A stretch of DNA of 64,000 nt from Podarcis vaucheri. Taxonomy: Eukaryota. A program made the position numbers and the translations under genes. The stretch lies in assembly GCA_965113315.1 (NCBI GenBank), contig OZ220367.1. One strand, 5' to 3'. Below, piece by piece: positions 13,575 to 23,640 of the stretch. The stretch's first letter is position 1, and every line of letters starts with the position of its first letter. The notes under the pieces are model-generated. The model saw nothing but the letters and a program-made list of their open reading frames with translations. It did not search any database and was not told where the DNA came from.

Positions 13575-13877
13575 CGTTGTTGGTATCCATTTGTCTCAAG
13601 AGACATTGGAGTGTGCCTCCAGGGGTAAAACCACTGAAGAATAAGAGCATCTGTTGCTGCTGCTGCTGCTGCTGAGACCAGCAACTCATAACTGCTGCCT
13701 CCTGTGTCACTTCTGCTGTGTGAACAGCACTGAAGTGACTTTTCCAGGGTGCAAGCCTGGGCAGTGGGTATGGAGGTCCTGGGCTGCCCAGACGACAAGA
13801 CCTCACTGATGTGGTCCAGAGGAAAGCAGACCAAAACATGTGGCATCAGCTTGCCGGCAGGAGTTGCCAGAAGGAGG
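13575..13877 (+). mobile_element. Probable RTE-clade LINE 5' UTR remnant with internal (CTG)n insert
   Basis: gcaagcctgggcagtgggtatggaggtcctgggctgcccagacgacaagacc resembles a recalled squamate RTE 5' region; not verified. Confidence 0.35.
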
Positions 13878-15772
13878 TCCTCCCCCCGTATTCCAATTCA
13901 TCCTCCTTCTCCTCAAAACTGTGCAGGCAGAGGGTGGGTCCAGTGGGAGGAGGAGAATGAGAGTCAGAGTGGGAGTTTGTGAGGGAAAAGGATCACAGGA
14001 CATGGGGAGAGGGTGGAGCGAGGCTGGGAGGAGGAGTTTGAGAGAGAGAGTCTTTGCGTACAGAGGCTGGAGCGCAGGGAGTGAAAGAGGGAGTTTGCAG
14101 TGCATGAGCCTGCCATGATGGAGTGTTGGGTTTTGCGTGGGAAGGGGGGTGGCAGGTGTGTCGGGTTGCAGGGGCCTGGTCTGGTGCGGGAAAGAGTTTT
14201 TGTGCAAGCAGAGAGGGGGGTTTCCATGGGGCAGCCAGGAGAGTAAGGAAATTTGTTTGTAGATTAGGGGAAAGATAATGACACCACTATCACCAATTCC
14301 TCACTGAGAGCATCCTTAAAAGAGCTGGTCGTCTTTGCATGCTGCAGTGTTTGGCGGGAAAGCTTTCCTAAGTTGGTTCCTTAGAAGGCTTAGTTGGTCA
14401 TTCCTGCTCAGTCATGGTTTGGTTTAGAATTAAATGTGAACCAGGTCAGTATGTGTGCTCTTATTGTTGACACACAAAACTTTATGTTCCTCTTATTGGA
14501 AAAGCCTTCTCTGAATTCAGGTTATTAGGGAAATAACCTGAAATAATCATTTTACTTGTTTGTATTTAATACTGGATTAAAATGAGCTTATGCCAATAAT
14601 GACGCTGTGCCTCATTCAATAAAAGACAAAGATCAAGCAAGTATTTAAAACATTTATTTATGAGAAGCCTGCTCTTTTGATTATGTTATTGGAAAACTAT
14701 GATGGGAAGCATTTTGTAAAATTAAACAGCAGAGCAAATTACACTGTCATTCACCTTTAGGCTTTCACTATAAGATGTAAATTGTCGTTAGTAATATGAG
14801 GGAGATCCATAAGACATAATTAAGCATACTGTGCAATGTAATAAAACAATTTCCTGGTTTTATAGCTCCAGAAGAAGAAAAAATCAGGTGAAAAGAAATT
14901 GGGAGGCTGAAAGCATTTTATTAAACTATGCTGACTTGGAAGTGGTGTGTTATTAAGAACAGGAATAACAGAGAACTGTATTTTCAGCAGCTACAACCCT
15001 GTTATGTTTTGTGGCTGGGTTATTGTATTTCTTTAATAAAACCAGCTGCTTACAAAGGACAACCACAACTAAAAGATACATACTCAGTAAAGATGCACAT
15101 TTGCTATTGTTGATGAAAGGTAATACCATATTTCCAATTATAGACCTGGCTACAAAATAATGATTATATTATGTCCAGCATTTCTTTTTCTTTTTCATTT
15201 CTCGCTCCTTTGAATACCATATGGAAGCCAAATGCCTCACTGTCAAAGGTTGCTATCTTATTAGTGCAAGGGAAAGTTATCACTCATATTTCAACCTGAC
15301 AGTCATCTTACTTCGCCTCTTATTACTTGGTTCATTCACATCTAAGCTGCATTAATTAACCTTTTCAGTTTCAGGGCATGGTTTTCAATTACATAGTCTC
15401 AGACAGAAGGCTTCTAAAGACCACCTTGATTTTGCTGGTGAAAGCAATAACATGAAAAGATCAGGGTTGAGTTTTAATAGTTCAGGAGCATGAATTTTTG
15501 GCAAATTCGATTACACCATAAAGAAAATATTAGTTTAGCGCCAGAGTATTTCTTCTTTTCTTTTCTTTTCGATGGAAATGAAACTGTACACAGTGAGAAG
15601 GTTATAATGTGTTTGCAGCACACATGCATGGATAAAAACTCATGTTACAAATTAAATGGCAATCTCAAGATATGTCTAGATCTTTTAAAACCTGAACTAG
15701 AACAAGTAACAAATTTATTGTTAATAAAATGTAAAATAACAAACTTTTAAAATGCATGGTTGATATCCAACG

Positions 15773-17201
15773 TAAGCCTGGTAGATGAAGGGAACGCAGT
15801 GGATGTAGCCTACCTTGATTTCAGCAAGGCATTCCACAAGGTGCCCCATGATATTATTGTAAAGAAGCTGGTAAAATGTGGTCTTGACTATGCTACCACT
15901 CAGTGGATTTGTAACTGGCTGACTGACCGAACCCAAAGGGTGCTCATCAATGGTTCCTCTTCATCCTGGAGAAGAGTGACTAGTGGGGTGCCGCAGGGTC
16001 TGTCTTGGGCCCGGTCTTATTCAACATCTTTATCAACGACTTGGATGATGGACTCAAGGGCATCCTGATCAATTTTGCAGATGACACCAAACTGGGAGGG
16101 GTGGCTAACACCCCAGAGGACAGGATCACACTTCAAAACGACCTTGACAGATTAGAGAACTGGGCCAAAACAAACAAGATGACCTTTAGCAGGGAGAAAT
16201 GTATTGCACTAGGGCAAAAAAAATGAGAGGCACAAATACAAGATGGGTGACACCTGGCTTGAGAGCAGTACATGTGAAAAGGATCTAGGAGTCTTGGTTG
16301 ACCACAAACTTGACATGAGCCAACAGTGTGACGTGGCAGCTAAAAAAGCCAATGCCATTCTGGGCTGCATCAATAGGAGTATAGCATCTAGATCAAGGGA
16401 AGTAATAGTGCCACTGTATTCTGCTCTGGTCAGACCTCACCTGGAGTATTGTGTCCAGTTCTGGGCACCACAGTTCAAGAAGGACACTGACAAACTGGAA
16501 CGTGTCCAGAGGAGGGCAACCAAAATGGTCAAAGACCTGGAAACGATGCCTTATGAGGAACGGCTAAGGGAGCTGGGCATGTTTAGCCTGGAGAAGAGGA
16601 GGTTAAGGGGTGATATGATAGCCATGTTCAAATATATAAAAGGATGTCACATAGAGGAAGAAGAAGAAGAGTTTGGATTTGATATCCCGCCTTTCACTCC
16701 CCTTCAGGAGTCTCAAAGCGGCTAACAATCTCCTTTCCCTTCCTCCCCCACAACAAACACTCTGTGAGGTGAGTGGGGCTGAGAGACTTCAAAGAAGTGT
16801 GACTGGCCCAAGGTCACCCAGCAGCTGCATGTGGAGGAGCGGAGACGCGAACCCGGTTACCCAGATTACGTGACTACCGCTCTTAACCACTACACCACAC
16901 TAGAGGAGGGAGAAAGGTTGTTTTCTGCTGCTCCAGAGAAGCGGACACGGAGCAATGGATCCAAACTACAAGAAAGAAGATTCCACCTAAACATTAGGAA
17001 GAACTTCCTGACAGTAAGAGCTGTTCGACAGTGGAATTTGCTGCCAAGGAGTGTGGTGGAGTCTCCTCCTTTGGAGGTCTTTAAGCAGAGGTTTGACAAC
17101 CATATGTCAGGAGTGCTCTGATGGTGTTTCCTGCTTGGCAAGGGGTTGGACTCGATGGCCCTTGTGGTCTATTCCAACTCTATGATTCTATGATTCTATG
17201 A
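15773..17201 (+). mobile_element. CR1 LINE, 5'-truncated, frameshifted and interrupted by a SINE
   Basis: ORF pieces 15760-16068 (YLDFSKAF), 16005-16226 (FADD), 16243-16725 and 16831-17121; (ATTCTATG)n tail. Nearly identical to 10122-11102. Confidence 0.95.
16659..16900 (-). mobile_element. Squam3-type SINE (tRNA head, L2-like tail, (CTT)n end) inserted in CR1
   Basis: Minus strand gtgtggtgtagtggttaagagcggtag...gatatcaaatccaaactcttcttc; 7-bp TSD TAGAGGA (16652-16658, 16901-16907). Confidence 0.85.
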
Positions 17202-17245
17202 AGTCATATTCAGCCAGAGCAGACCCATTGGAATCAAAATATATA

Positions 17246-17927
17246 CAGTTGTACCTCGCAAGACGAACACCTCGCAAGACGGAAAACCCGCTAGACGAAA
17301 GGGTTTTCCGTTTTGGAGGCGCTTCGCAAGATGAATTTCCCTATGGGCTTGCTTCGCAAGACGACAGCCCATAGGGAAATATCCGGGACAGCGGGGAAGC
17401 GCAGCGCGTCTTCCCCACTGTCCTCGGACCGCCTCCGAAGCCGGGCGGCGGGGCGGGAACACCTGCCCCCACCGCCGGGCTTCGGAACGCTGCTCCGAAG
17501 CCGGGCGGCGGGGCGGGAACACCTTCTGAAGGCGGGCGGGGGGCGAAAGTCTTTGTCCCCCCGCCTGCCTTCCCAGGGGCTTTTAAATCGCCCCGGACAG
17601 CGGAGAAGTCCTCCGCTGTCCGGGGCGATTTTAAAATGCCGCCCCGCCAGCATTTTAACATCGCCCGGACAGCGGAGAAGTCCTCCGCTGTCCCGGGGTT
17701 TTTTAAAATGCTGGGGGTGGGAAGAAAAGCCCTTGTCCCCCCCCCCAGCCTTCAGAAGAGGTCCAGGGACAGACTGTCCCCGGACCTGGTCTGAAGGCGG
17801 TTTCCCTAGGAACGCATTAATTGATTTTCAATGCATTCCTATGGGAAACCGTGCATCGCAAGACGAAAAACTCGCAAGACGAAGAGACTTGCGGAACGAA
17901 TTAATTTCGTCTTGCGAGGCACCACTG
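17246..17927. mobile_element. GC/CpG-rich non-autonomous Tc1/mariner (Tigger-like) transposon
   Basis: TA|CAGTTGTACCTCGCAAGACGAA ... TTCGTCTTGCGAGGCACCACTG|TA; repeated CTCGCAAGACG motifs; internal hairpins and direct repeats. Confidence 0.88.
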
Positions 17928-17982
17928 TAAGCCTGTTTACTTAAATGGGGATATTTAGAGTATGACTAAAGTTGGATAGTAA

Positions 17983-18343
17983 GGGACGCGGGTGGCGCTG
18001 TGGGTTAAACCACAGAGCCTAGGACTTGCCGATCAGAAGGTCGGCGGTTTGAATCCCCGTGACGGGGTGAGCTCCCGTTGCTCGGTCCCTGCTCCTGCCA
18101 ACCTAGCACTTCGAAAGCACATCAAAGTGCAAGTAGATAAATAGGTACCTCTCCGGTGGGAAGGTAAATGGCGTTTCTGTGCGCTGCTCTGGTTCGCCAG
18201 AAGTGGCTTAGTCATGCTGGCCACATGACCCGGAAGCTGTCTGCGGACAAACGCCGGCTCCCTTGGCCTATAGAGCGAGATGAGCGCCGCAACCCCAGAG
18301 TTGGTCACGACTGGACCTAATGGTCAGGGGTCCCTTTACCTTT
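17983..18343 (+). mobile_element. Sauria SINE, full length
   Basis: GGGACGCGGGTGGCGCTGTGGGTTAAACC start and CCTTTACCTTT end; 14-bp TSD actaaagttggata (17965-17978, 18344-18357) with 4 extra nt at the 5' end. Confidence 0.92.
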
Positions 18344-18625
18344 ACTAAAGTTGGATATCACCTTGTGGATATATAATTTATGTTAAAGGTTTTTATAAAC
18401 TGCCCAACTTATAAAATATTAAGGCAATGTAGAGAAAACAAAAAAATAAATCTAAAATACACACCAGAGTAAAACTGTTAAAATAACAGCACAACACTAG
18501 AAAATAATCAGAGCACAGCAATTAAAAAATTCATTTAGCATGCATGTGAAAGAGCAGATTGTATGAGCATGCCTTATCTTAGCTGGTGATGGATTCCACA
18601 TGAGAGGAGACTTATCTATCTATCT

Positions 18626-18665
<40 letters not shown>

Positions 18666-18746
18666 CTTTCGTAGATTTTCACGGGTACAGGAATGCAGGT
18701 TTTGGTGTCTTCGGGTGTCTTCCCGTGTAAGAGTCGGGGTGTCTGT

Positions 18747-18784
18747 GCGACGTTTCGACGAGGTCTCACTCGTCATCTTCAGGC
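18747..18784 (-). ncRNA. Minimal type I hammerhead ribozyme-like motif (copy A)
   Basis: gc-CUGAAGA-u-GACGAG(ugagac)CUCGUC-GAAAC-GUC-gc on the minus strand. Confidence 0.65.
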
Positions 18785-18863
18785 TGGTGCTTTCGGCTTC
18801 TTGTTACTGGAACAACACCACACCCCTCTGCTCTGTTCCAGTAACAAGAAGCCGAAAGCACCA

Positions 18864-18901
18864 GCCTGAAGATGACGAGTGAGACCTCGTCGAAACGTCG
18901 C
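18864..18901 (+). ncRNA. Minimal type I hammerhead ribozyme-like motif (copy B)
   Basis: CTGAAGA 18866-18872; 6-bp helix II 18874-18879/18886-18891; GAAA 18892-18895; GUC triplet ending 18899. Confidence 0.65.
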
Positions 18902-18950
18902 ACAGACACCCCGACTCTTACACGGGAAGACACCCGAAGACACCAAAACC

Positions 18951-19009
<59 letters not shown>

Positions 19010-19089
19010 TTTCGTAGATTTTCACGGGTACAGGAATGCAGGTTTTGGTGTCTTCGGGTGTCTTCCCGTGTAAGAGTCGGGGTGTCTGG

Positions 19090-19127
19090 GCGACGTTTCG
19101 ACGAGGTCTCACTCGTCATCTTCAGGC
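19090..19127 (-). ncRNA. Minimal type I hammerhead ribozyme-like motif (copy C)
   Basis: Same core as copy A, minus strand. Confidence 0.65.
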
Positions 19128-19383
19128 TGGTGCTTTCGGGTGGGTCATTAGCAACTAATCTACACTTAATGACCCACCCAGTGGTATTCAGAATATCACT
19201 CATGAAATCACTCAAGATATCCCTCAAGTAATTAATGAACAAAAGAAGAAAAGGCACACTAATCTAGGAACTTCCTCTCTGCCCAAAACGTTGGAGGCTA
19301 TACACCACACCCCTCAACAGTATTTATAGGAACTCAAACACCAGATTCTGCTCTGTTCCAGTAACAAGAAGCCGAAAGCACCA

Positions 19384-19421
19384 GCCTGAAGATGACGAGT
19401 GAGACCTCGTCGAAACGTCGC
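19384..19421 (+). ncRNA. Minimal type I hammerhead ribozyme-like motif (copy D)
   Basis: Same core as copy B; CTGAAGA at 19386-19392. Confidence 0.65.
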
Positions 19422-19470
19422 CCAGACACCCCGACTCTTACACGGGAAGACACCCGAAGACACCAAAACC

Positions 19471-19527
<57 letters not shown>

Positions 19528-20298
19528 GTTATGTTTTTAAAATTATAAACCAGAGGCTTAAACTCAGTCCCCTTTAAGTGTCCATCTTCTCTCTGACAAG
19601 AGAAGACAGGAGGTACAGTGAACACTAGAATTCAGGGAGAAGACACGATGATCTGAAGGGAAACAGGGTGGTATTAAACATTCCCCAGTAAAACCTATAT
19701 TTATGGTGTCATTAGTTTTGCACCAAGCTAGAGCACATTTATGACTGTCAAAAAACTGAGAGCTAATATTAAAACATACATGTATAATTTCTACTGTCAG
19801 AGATGCTAAATCAAGGAATCAAGCCATGTAAATTGTTCTTGCCAAAATAAGCCATTCCTCATTTTTGGCATTGATCATGATGAAGTAAGGGATAGATCAA
19901 TTAGACATCTTTGTTGATATCTCAATAGTAGTGTCTGACTCACGACCCCCCACATGTATTTTTATTATTTATTTATTTTTGTATATTTGGGGATCTAGAA
20001 AATGAACAGCAATGATATAGCTTTTCCTTAATTCAGTGATCCAAGACCTTAAGTTGGGTGGTGATAGTGCCATGCTAATTCCCACTGGTCGAAACAGCAC
20101 AGTGGAGGAATTAGCATGGTGTGCACAAGGGAATAATTTACACATCATCCACTCCACATATGCCATCCAAATATGTTTACTAACATGTTCAGTACTTGTA
20201 TGTTTTGCTCTACTGGATAAAGAGCAGTTTGGGGGATTAATTTTATTCAGGAAAACAGTGGGGGGAGGGAAGAGTTATCCCTTCTGCATGCACTGAGG

Positions 20299-20434
20299 CA
20301 GGCTTCCTTAAACTCGGCCCTCCAGATGTTTTGAGCCTACAACTCCCATGATCCCTAGCTAGCAGAACCAGTGGTCAGGGTTGATGGGAATTGTAGTCTC
20401 AAAACATCTGGAGGGCCGAGTTTGAGGAAGCTTG
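20299..20434. mobile_element. hAT palindromic MITE
   Basis: Long inverted arms; perfect 8-bp TSD CACTGAGG (20291-20298, 20435-20442). Confidence 0.88.
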
Positions 20435-21215
20435 CACTGAGGTCTCCTGATTGGGGCACCGAAGGGTGTTTAAGCTATTTTGAAAACCTGTAAGATATAT
20501 GATAATGGATTTCTCATCATCTTATCTACTTTCTAGGTGAAAACCGTGCCTCACAAAAATCAGAATTAAAATCAAAAGTCAGCAGTATAGAACACTCTGG
20601 ATGAAGCTTTACTTAGCAACACTTCCTTAATTCTGAGATTTTGCCATTTTGCAGAGGTAAAAATATCTAAAATTAGTAGCAGCTCACTTTCACTATTTGA
20701 AACTAGCAGTGAATATTTCACAAACTGTGGTGACAACATGTTTTATTTGCAGGAAAACGTATTTTTACAATAAATATATGTGTAAGCATTAAAATGTTGG
20801 GAGTGCAAGATGCATTGCATTTTGGTATCAAAAAGGGTTCTACTGCAATATTTAAAAAACTGTTTTAACTGGTTAGTCTACCAGGGTATAAATTGCTGCT
20901 TCAATTGTTCACCTTAACGACTAATTAAAAAAAAAAGCTTTAAAAAACCTTACGGCTCCAATCTAAGACAAGAGGCGTCATGAACCTCCATTTACTACTG
21001 TCTTATTAAGGAACTTAAGAAGATGTGTAATGCTTCTACTTCTACATCAAACATATACATTTTTAAAATGCAGTTAAGCTGGATCTAATCAGCAGATAAA
21101 AGTAAAATGTAGTAATCCAGACCAGCCACTGTACTGTTTTAATTAAGAAGGATCTTCATTTGAGTCAGCAGTGTGATGCAGCAACAACAACAAAAGCTAA
21201 GGCTATTCTAGAGTT

Positions 21216-23393
21216 TCTTCAGCACAGTCAGCAAAAACAAGACCTGGAGCTGACTGTGGCTCAGATCATCAGCTCCTTATAGCAAAATTCAAGCTTAAAC
21301 TGAAGAAAGTAGGAAAAACCACTGGACAGGTAAGATACAATCTAAACCAAATCCCTTATGAATACACAGTGGAAGTGAGGAACAGGTTTAAGGATTTAGA
21401 TTTGCTGGACAGAGTGCCTGAAGAACTATGGATGGAGGCTCGCAACATTATACAGGAGGCAGCAACTAAAACCATCCCAATGAAAAAGAAATGCAAGAAA
21501 GCAAAGTGGCTGTCCAACGAGGCCTTACAAATAGCGGAGGAGAGAAGGCAAGCAAAATGCGAGGGAGATAGTGAAAGATACAGGAAATTGAATGCAGATT
21601 TCCAAAGAACAGCAAGGAGAGACAAGAAGGCCTTCTTAAACGAGCAATGCAAAGAAATAGAGGAAAGCAACAGAATGGGAAGAACCAGAGATCTGTTCAA
21701 GAAAATTGGAAATATGAAAGGAACATTTCGTACAAAGATTACCATAATAAAGGACAAAAGTGGTAAAGATCTAACTGAAGCAGAAGACATCAAGAAGAGG
21801 TGGCAAGAATACACAGAGGAATTATACCAGAAAGATATGGATGTCTCGTACACCCCAGGTAGTGTGGTTGCTGACCTTGAGCCAGACATCCTGGAGAGTG
21901 AAGTCAAATGGGCCTTAGAAAGCACTGCAAATAACAAGGCCAGTGGAAGTGATGGTATTCCAGCTGAACTGTTTAAAATTTTAAAAGATGATGCTGTTAA
22001 GGTGCTACACTCAATATGCCAGCAAGTTTGGAAAACTCAGCAGTGGCCAGAGGATTGGAGAAGATCAGTCTACATTCCAATCCCAAAGAAAGGCAGTGCC
22101 AAAGAATGCTCCAACTACCGCACAATTTCACTCATTTCACATGCTAGCAAGGTTATGCTTAAAATTCTACAAGGAAGGCTCAAGCAGTATGTGGACCGAG
22201 AACTCCCAGAAGTGCAAGCTGGATTTAGAAGAGGCAGAGGAACCAGAGACCAAATTGCAAACATGCGCTGGATTATGGAGAAAGCCAGAGAGTTCCAGAA
22301 AGACATCTACTTCTGCTTCATTGACTATGCAAAAGCCTTTGACTGTGTTGACCACAGCAAACTATGGCAAGTTCTTAAAGAAATGGGAGTGCCTGATCAC
22401 CTCATCTGTCTCCTGCGAAATCTCTATGTGGGACAAGAAGCTACAGTTAGAACTGGATATGGAACAACTGATTGGTTCCAAATTGGGAAAGGAGTACGGC
22501 AAGGCTGTATATTGTCTCCCTGCTTATTTAACTTATATGCAGAATTCATCATGCGAAAGGCTGGGCTGGATGAATCCCAAGCCGGAATTAAGATTGCCGG
22601 AAGAAATATCAACAACCTCAGATATGCAGATGACACAACCTTGATGGCAGAAAGTGAAGAGGAATTAAAGAACCTTTTAATGAGGGTGAAAGAGGAGAGC
22701 GCAAAATATGGTCTGAAGCTCAACATCAAAAAAACGAAGATCATGGCCACTGGGCCCATCACCTCCTGGCAAATAGATGGGGAAGAAATGGAGGCAGTGA
22801 GAGATTTTACTTTCTTGGGCTCCATGATCACTGCAGATGGTGACAGCAGTTACGAAATTAAAAGACGCCTGCTCCTTGGGAGAAAGGCGATGGCAAACCT
22901 AGACAACATCTTAAAAAGCAGAGACATCACCTTGCCAACAAAGGTCCGTATAGTAAAAGCCATGGTTTTCCCAGTAGTGATGTATGGAAGTGAGAGCTGG
23001 ACCATAAAGAAGGCTGATCGCCGAAGAATTGATGCTTTTGAATTATGGTGCTGGAGGAGACTCTTGAGAGTCCCATGGACTGCAAGAAGATCAAACCTCT
23101 CCATTCTGAAGGAAATCAGCCCTGAGTGCTCACTGGAAGGACAGATCGTGAAGCTGAGGCTCCAATACTTTGGCCACCTCATGAGAAGAGAGGACTCCCT
23201 GGAAAAGACCCTGATGTTGGGAAAGATGGAGGGCACAAGGAGAAGGGGACGACAGAGAATGAGATGGTTGGATGGTGTTCTTGAAGCTACTAGCATGAGT
23301 TTGATCAAACTGCGGGAGGCAGTGGAGGACAGAAGTGCCTGGCGTGCTCTGGTCCATGGGGTCACGAAGAGTCGGACACGACTAAACGACTAA
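21216..23393 (+). CDS. BovB ORF, partial: end of APE endonuclease plus complete reverse transcriptase domain
   Basis: Frame open from 21216 (SSAQSAKTRPGADCGSDHQLL) through the listed 674-aa ORF; motifs FIDYAKAFD, GVRQGCILSP, LRYADD; no stops or frameshifts. Confidence 0.9.
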   Translation, partial: SSAQSAKTRPGADCGSDHQLLIAKFKLKLKKVGKTTGQVRYNLNQIPYEYTVEVRNRFKDLDLLDRVPEELWMEARNIIQEAATKTIPMKKKCKKAKWLSNEALQIAEERRQAKCEGDSERYRKLNADFQRTARRDKKAFLNEQCKEIEESNRMGRTRDLFKKIGNMKGTFRTKITIIKDKSGKDLTEAEDIKKRWQEYTEELYQKDMDVSYTPGSVVADLEPDILESEVKWALESTANNKASGSDGIPAELFKILKDDAVKVLHSICQQVWKTQQWPEDWRRSVYIPIPKKGSAKECSNYRTISLISHASKVMLKILQGRLKQYVDRELPEVQAGFRRGRGTRDQIANMRWIMEKAREFQKDIYFCFIDYAKAFDCVDHSKLWQVLKEMGVPDHLICLLRNLYVGQEATVRTGYGTTDWFQIGKGVRQGCILSPCLFNLYAEFIMRKAGLDESQAGIKIAGRNINNLRYADDTTLMAESEEELKNLLMRVKEESAKYGLKLNIKKTKIMATGPITSWQIDGEEMEAVRDFTFLGSMITADGDSSYEIKRRLLLGRKAMANLDNILKSRDITLPTKVRIVKAMVFPVVMYGSESWTIKKADRRRIDAFELWCWRRLLRVPWTARRSNLSILKEISPECSLEGQIVKLRLQYFGHLMRREDSLEKTLMLGKMEGTRRRGRQRMRWLDGVLEATSMSLIKLREAVEDRSAWRALVHGVTKSRTRLND

Positions 23394-23402
23394 ACAACAA
23401 CA
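21216..23402 (+). mobile_element. BovB (RTE-clade) LINE, 5'-truncated, young
   Basis: 11-bp TSD ATTCTAGAGTT (21205-21215, 23403-23413); (CAA)n tail; BovB-type 3' end gtcacgaagagtcggacacgact. Confidence 0.95.
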
Positions 23403-23547
23403 ATTCTAGAGTTGTTTGACAATGAAACCGACTCCCTCGGAAGGTGGTGGACTCTCCTTCCTTAGAGGTTTTTAAGCAAAGGAATGATGGTCATCTATCA
23501 TGGATGCTTGAGTTGAGATTCCTGCATTGCAGGGGATTAGACTAGAT

Positions 23548-23640
23548 CAGTGTTCCCCAACCTTGGGCCTCCAGCTGATTTTGGACTACAATTCCCATCA
23601 TCCTTGACCACTGGTCTTGCTAGCGAGGGATGATGGGAAC
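23548..23640. mobile_element. Truncated hAT MITE
   Basis: cagtgttccccaaccttgggcctccagctg...ggactacaattcccatcatcc; same family as 11712. Confidence 0.7.

Larger units (their letters stand above)
15758..18362. mobile_element. Short palindromic MITE split by nested insertions (host element)
   Basis: Inverted termini tgatatccaac (15761-15771) and gttggatatca (18350-18360). Arms continue at 17201-17245 and 17930-17978. Confidence 0.65.
18629..19524. mobile_element. Two tandem 5'-truncated Penelope-like element ends, each with an inverted pLTR segment, embedded in (TA)n/(CA)n
   Basis: Four copies of one ~100-150 bp unit: 18665-18814 (-), 18834-18955 (+), 19008-19139 (-), ~19346-19470 (+), bounded by (TA)n tracts. 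Each has a CTGAAGA...GAAACGTC motif typical of PLE pLTRs. Confidence 0.8.

Noticed and set aside
13394-14227. Cluster of ORFs with poly-Q/poly-A/poly-C tracts
   Set aside because: Derived from a short (CTG)n and GC-rich repeat-derived sequence; no coherent exon structure.
17196-17930. Several overlapping 106-205 aa ORFs
   Set aside because: They result from high GC within a non-autonomous transposon; no transposase motifs.
18665-19470. Repeated units resembling a CRISPR array, and the poly-IY ORFs
   Set aside because: Eukaryotic locus, inverted units, no unique spacers or cas genes; the ORFs are microsatellite and palindrome artefacts.
21356-23365. Antisense and alternate-frame ORFs over BovB
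   Set aside because: Shadow ORFs of the RT reading frame.
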